Source of the DNA: an uncultured virus (IMG/VR IMGVR_UViG_3300045738_001977)
Taxonomy: Duplodnaviria; Heunggongvirae; Uroviricota; Caudoviricetes
Strand: one strand, 5' to 3'
DNA length: 20,000 nucleotides
IMG/VR virus record: IMGVR_UViG_3300045738_001977
Positions 17,318-20,000 of this stretch are shown here, one piece after another (positions within the stretch are counted from its first letter, which is position 1; each line of letters opens with the position of its first letter). Position numbers and translations under genes: made by a program. Under the pieces are notes generated by a model. That model worked only from the letters and a program-made list of their open reading frames with translations. It was not told where the DNA came from and ran no database searches.

Positions 17318-20000
17318 TGGCAAACTCAATTACCATATGGGATGAGATAACGGATACCGGCCCGGAAAATAGACGGGTTAAGGTCATCGGTTTGCACGAA
17401 GATAGCGGATTCGTTGGCGCTTTTTGTAAGGACGTAGCTTTATATAGCAGGCTTCTTCTTGTCGAAGATATTAAAACGGGCGCACAGTTTCTAGTTGAAA
17501 GACCCAGACATTTGTGGGTAAGCAATGCTTTCGATCAAGAAGGAGGCTTTATTATGAATAACCAAGTTCGTGTTGACTTGGGTAATTGTAGTGGTCACCT
17601 TAATTCTGGGTTGGATGTCATAGATAAGGGCGGTATGGCTGAGCCGGGGGGCGCGAGCCAAATAACCGTACAACAACACGGTGGTCATTTTTGTAGTGAT
17701 AAAGAGCACGGTTTTGAAAGTGGCGAGGCCGTGGAGCACTGGTTCTTAGATGCTCTTGGCAATGAAATACTTCCAGACTTTACTAGCGCTGATACTTTTG
17801 CAAAAACCTCCCTGAACGTGGGAACCACTTCTACAACAACAACCGCTGCGCTAACTACGACAACTTTGGCCCCCTTCGCTACAGTCGACGGAAGAAGGTG
17901 TGGATTTGCTCCGGGTGATCCGCTCGGGATGTGCTGTATTAATAACTTCATTCCATTGGAAGGTGGAAAAGTATATGAACTTTTGCTTCCCGCTGGCGAG
18001 GGCGGGTCTAGGTGCGCTCTGGTCACCACCATTGACGGCGTTCCTACTGATTGCGTGGACAACATCGTCCTCCCGACATATGACGTCGTCTCTCCGGACC
18101 CCGACATGGTTCACCCCATGGGAGGGTGCGGTGATGCAGTATGCGACGCCTTAGCCACGCCTGATCCAAACTTAAAAGTTTATGATGCTACGCTTTGCGG
18201 CGGCGGAGGCGTATGCGTGCAGATTAATACTTCAACCTTTGGGGATCCAGTCGGCGAATTGTACACGTTCGGTCCAGCGACAGGCGGAACAAACTGCGCC
18301 CTCATCCTTGCGGAGACCGGTTCTTGTTCGGGTCCACTTGTTGCCGGCGGCATCCCAGTTCCTCCGTCGCTAGGTGACTGTAGTGCTTCGGTTTGTGATC
18401 CGAGCGCAAGAATAAGTGGCGCAAGGGGCTATGGTGATTACGCAGAGTGGAGACACAGTATTGGAGAAGTGCAGACCCCCGCCTCAAATATCCATATAAA
18501 AAAGCTTACAAGCCTTTACTCTCACGGAGATAGGGATGGATATGGTGGCGAATCTAAAATTGTTTATGTCGATGATAACGGCAATCAATTGGCAACTAAA
18601 GAATCTAAGGCTGAAGATAAAAAGAATTTATTTGTTCATGTCGTAAATTGTTTTTGTTTTAGCTTGCACGTTACGCAACAGGAAGCGATCGACGGAAAAA
18701 ATCCATTGTTTTACAATCTTAAGAACGTGCCTGAAATTTTCAATGCAATGATTCTTTCTCCGTGGAAAAGGGCGGGGTGGATAGATAGTAGTACGCCACC
18801 TAAAATTTCTTCCGGAACTTCTTCTCTTGGGGATAATCCAAAGAGTGCGTATAGAGAGGATTACGAAGGCCATTCAAGATGGATTAAAACAAGCTCTTCC
18901 ATCAGCGGCGGCTTCGACGAGCCGGAAGCATTCTCCGGAGCCCTGTCAGTTAGTGGAACGTCTTCTGGAACTACTTCGGCCCCCGGCAGCTGCGCTTTCA
19001 TTTCTCGTGGAGGGGGAGTATCAGGACTGGAGATTACGTCCTGCGTCACAACAGATTTACAGGTAGGGCAGCAAGTATGTGTTAAGGGAAAAAACCGACT
19101 CGAAAGCGCAGGATCACTAGAAGATATTTATGATACTGGGGTCGTAACACTTAGTGACTCCAGTAAAATAATAATTTATATACATCAGCCTTTCATTGAG
19201 ACAGAAGGTATTGAAGTAAGCAAAGGGTCATGTTGCGCTTGTGAATATTTACACAGTAGTTCTCATTGGGGAGGCGACCTAGGTCCGATTGAACCCGCGT
19301 ATAAAGTTGGAGACATTATTGAGGTTGCTCCAAAGAAAAATACTATTTTTGTAAAAGACGATATAGCTATTAAAAAGATTAAGGGTGAAAGGTTTGATAT
19401 AAATGAAAATGTAAGCCAATTTTCTCACTCAAAAAATATATTATGGGACACAGAAGAATTGGATTACTTTTCCACCTATTGGCGCAAAAATATAAGTAAA
19501 AACGTAAGCATGTTTTCGGTTTGGCGTTCGGAAGTAATGCTTAAAGCGCCGGGTGTTGCCGCTGGCTCAGCGCCTTCCTCGGGCATGCCCACTACCACTA
19601 CGGCGGCAGGGACAACGACGTCAGGGACATCTGCGCCTCGTTACTCGGGCTTTTCAGGTCACTCCGCGACGACGGGTAGTCCTACCGGCACAACGGGTGC
19701 TCCCGGTGGCGGCACAGGCTCTGTTGTTGAAATAGCCTTATGGCCGTCACTCCCGCGCTATATTTCCGCTGATCCATTGAGCAACCCGTTCACTATCGTT
19801 CAACAAATTCATGGTTGTGGTGATTTCAATACGAGCTGTTTCGTGGGTGACCCGGCGGGCATTGCGAACGCATCAGTCTACGCTTCGTATTCAGGCATCC
19901 CCAACATGTCAGTGCAATACAAAGACATAAATATTGAAAGCAGGAAAAGAAGAAATTTCTTATGTACGAGCGGTGATGGAATGTTTAGTGATCCCATGAC
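17317..20000 (+). CDS. Large Cys/Thr-rich putative virion protein, >894 aa, 3'-truncated by the window (absent from the ORF track)
   Basis: ATG at 17317 overlaps the previous stop (TAATG). Manual translation MANSITIWDEITDTGPENRRVKVIGLHEDSGFVGAFCKDVALYSRLLLVEDIKTGAQFLVERPRHLW...FLCTSGDGMFSDPM shows no in-frame stop up to 20000. Same style of Cys-rich and TTT-rich inserts as its neighbours. Confidence 0.9.
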   Translation, partial: MANSITIWDEITDTGPENRRVKVIGLHEDSGFVGAFCKDVALYSRLLLVEDIKTGAQFLVERPRHLWVSNAFDQEGGFIMNNQVRVDLGNCSGHLNSGLDVIDKGGMAEPGGASQITVQQHGGHFCSDKEHGFESGEAVEHWFLDALGNEILPDFTSADTFAKTSLNVGTTSTTTTAALTTTTLAPFATVDGRRCGFAPGDPLGMCCINNFIPLEGGKVYELLLPAGEGGSRCALVTTIDGVPTDCVDNIVLPTYDVVSPDPDMVHPMGGCGDAVCDALATPDPNLKVYDATLCGGGGVCVQINTSTFGDPVGELYTFGPATGGTNCALILAETGSCSGPLVAGGIPVPPSLGDCSASVCDPSARISGARGYGDYAEWRHSIGEVQTPASNIHIKKLTSLYSHGDRDGYGGESKIVYVDDNGNQLATKESKAEDKKNLFVHVVNCFCFSLHVTQQEAIDGKNPLFYNLKNVPEIFNAMILSPWKRAGWIDSSTPPKISSGTSSLGDNPKSAYREDYEGHSRWIKTSSSISGGFDEPEAFSGALSVSGTSSGTTSAPGSCAFISRGGGVSGLEITSCVTTDLQVGQQVCVKGKNRLESAGSLEDIYDTGVVTLSDSSKIIIYIHQPFIETEGIEVSKGSCCACEYLHSSSHWGGDLGPIEPAYKVGDIIEVAPKKNTIFVKDDIAIKKIKGERFDINENVSQFSHSKNILWDTEELDYFSTYWRKNISKNVSMFSVWRSEVMLKAPGVAAGSAPSSGMPTTTTAAGTTTSGTSAPRYSGFSGHSATTGSPTGTTGAPGGGTGSVVEIALWPSLPRYISADPLSNPFTIVQQIHGCGDFNTSCFVGDPAGIANASVYASYSGIPNMSVQYKDINIESRKRRNFLCTSGDGMFSDPM
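17899..18399 (+). repeat. Two tandem protein-level copies of a Cys-rich module in the last CDS
   Basis: Copy 1 (17899-18147): CG..CCIN..GKVYEL..GGSRCAL..C..MGGCGDAVCD. Copy 2 (18196-18399): CG..CVQIN..GELYTF..GGTNCAL..C..LGDCSASVCD. Confidence 0.75.

Noticed and set aside
176..19735. The many short (60-147 aa) alternate-frame and antisense ORFs in the ORF track
   Set aside because: All overlap long + strand CDSs, lack recognisable RBSs or domains, and read as shadow frames of the real genes.
1..20000. CRISPR array, tRNA/rRNA, IS element or intrinsic terminator
   Set aside because: No regularly spaced DNA repeats with spacers, no non-coding gap over 83 bp, no transposase or integrase motifs, and no GC-rich hairpin followed by a U-tract in the gaps.
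1..20000. Stop-codon reassignment
   Set aside because: Genes tile the window almost completely under the standard code, so there is no fragmentation requiring recoding; six stops are too few to interpret the absence of TAG.
1..20000. Eukaryotic mucin or cellular adhesin locus
   Set aside because: Intronless, overlapping operon-style genes, no signal peptides or TM anchors, and phage structural motifs (GxGY..AP.V, VYLNG, tape-measure-like protein) favour a phage tail module.

Overview
The whole window is a co-directional (+ strand), gene-dense array of seven very large ORFs that reads as the tail/baseplate module of a large tailed phage (inference from gene order and protein motifs; no database search was run). 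It contains: the C-terminal ~1,020 aa of a Cys-free, Ala/Gly/Lys-rich tape-measure-like protein with 'PNF[A/S]' motifs, open from the window start; two adjacent, apparently paralogous multi-domain proteins with tail-tube/Dit-like strand patterns; a LamG-like protein; a 1,578-aa probable baseplate hub; a protein with 'GxGYxxAPxV' baseplate repeats; and a >894-aa Cys-rich ORF starting at 17317 that the ORF track missed. The most striking feature is that these structural proteins carry Cys-bounded inserts and mucin-like Thr/Ser/Pro tracts. One 4-Cys module (C-[YWF]-x-C ... A-x-x-x-C ... C) recurs about nine times across four consecutive genes, often inside loops of otherwise recognisable domains. 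Two other Cys-repeat types are also present. Both longer intergenic gaps share a candidate cis-motif (AAAA[AC]GTRTAAT ... GG-A-run-GG). No RNA genes, CRISPR array, mobile element or intrinsic terminator was seen.
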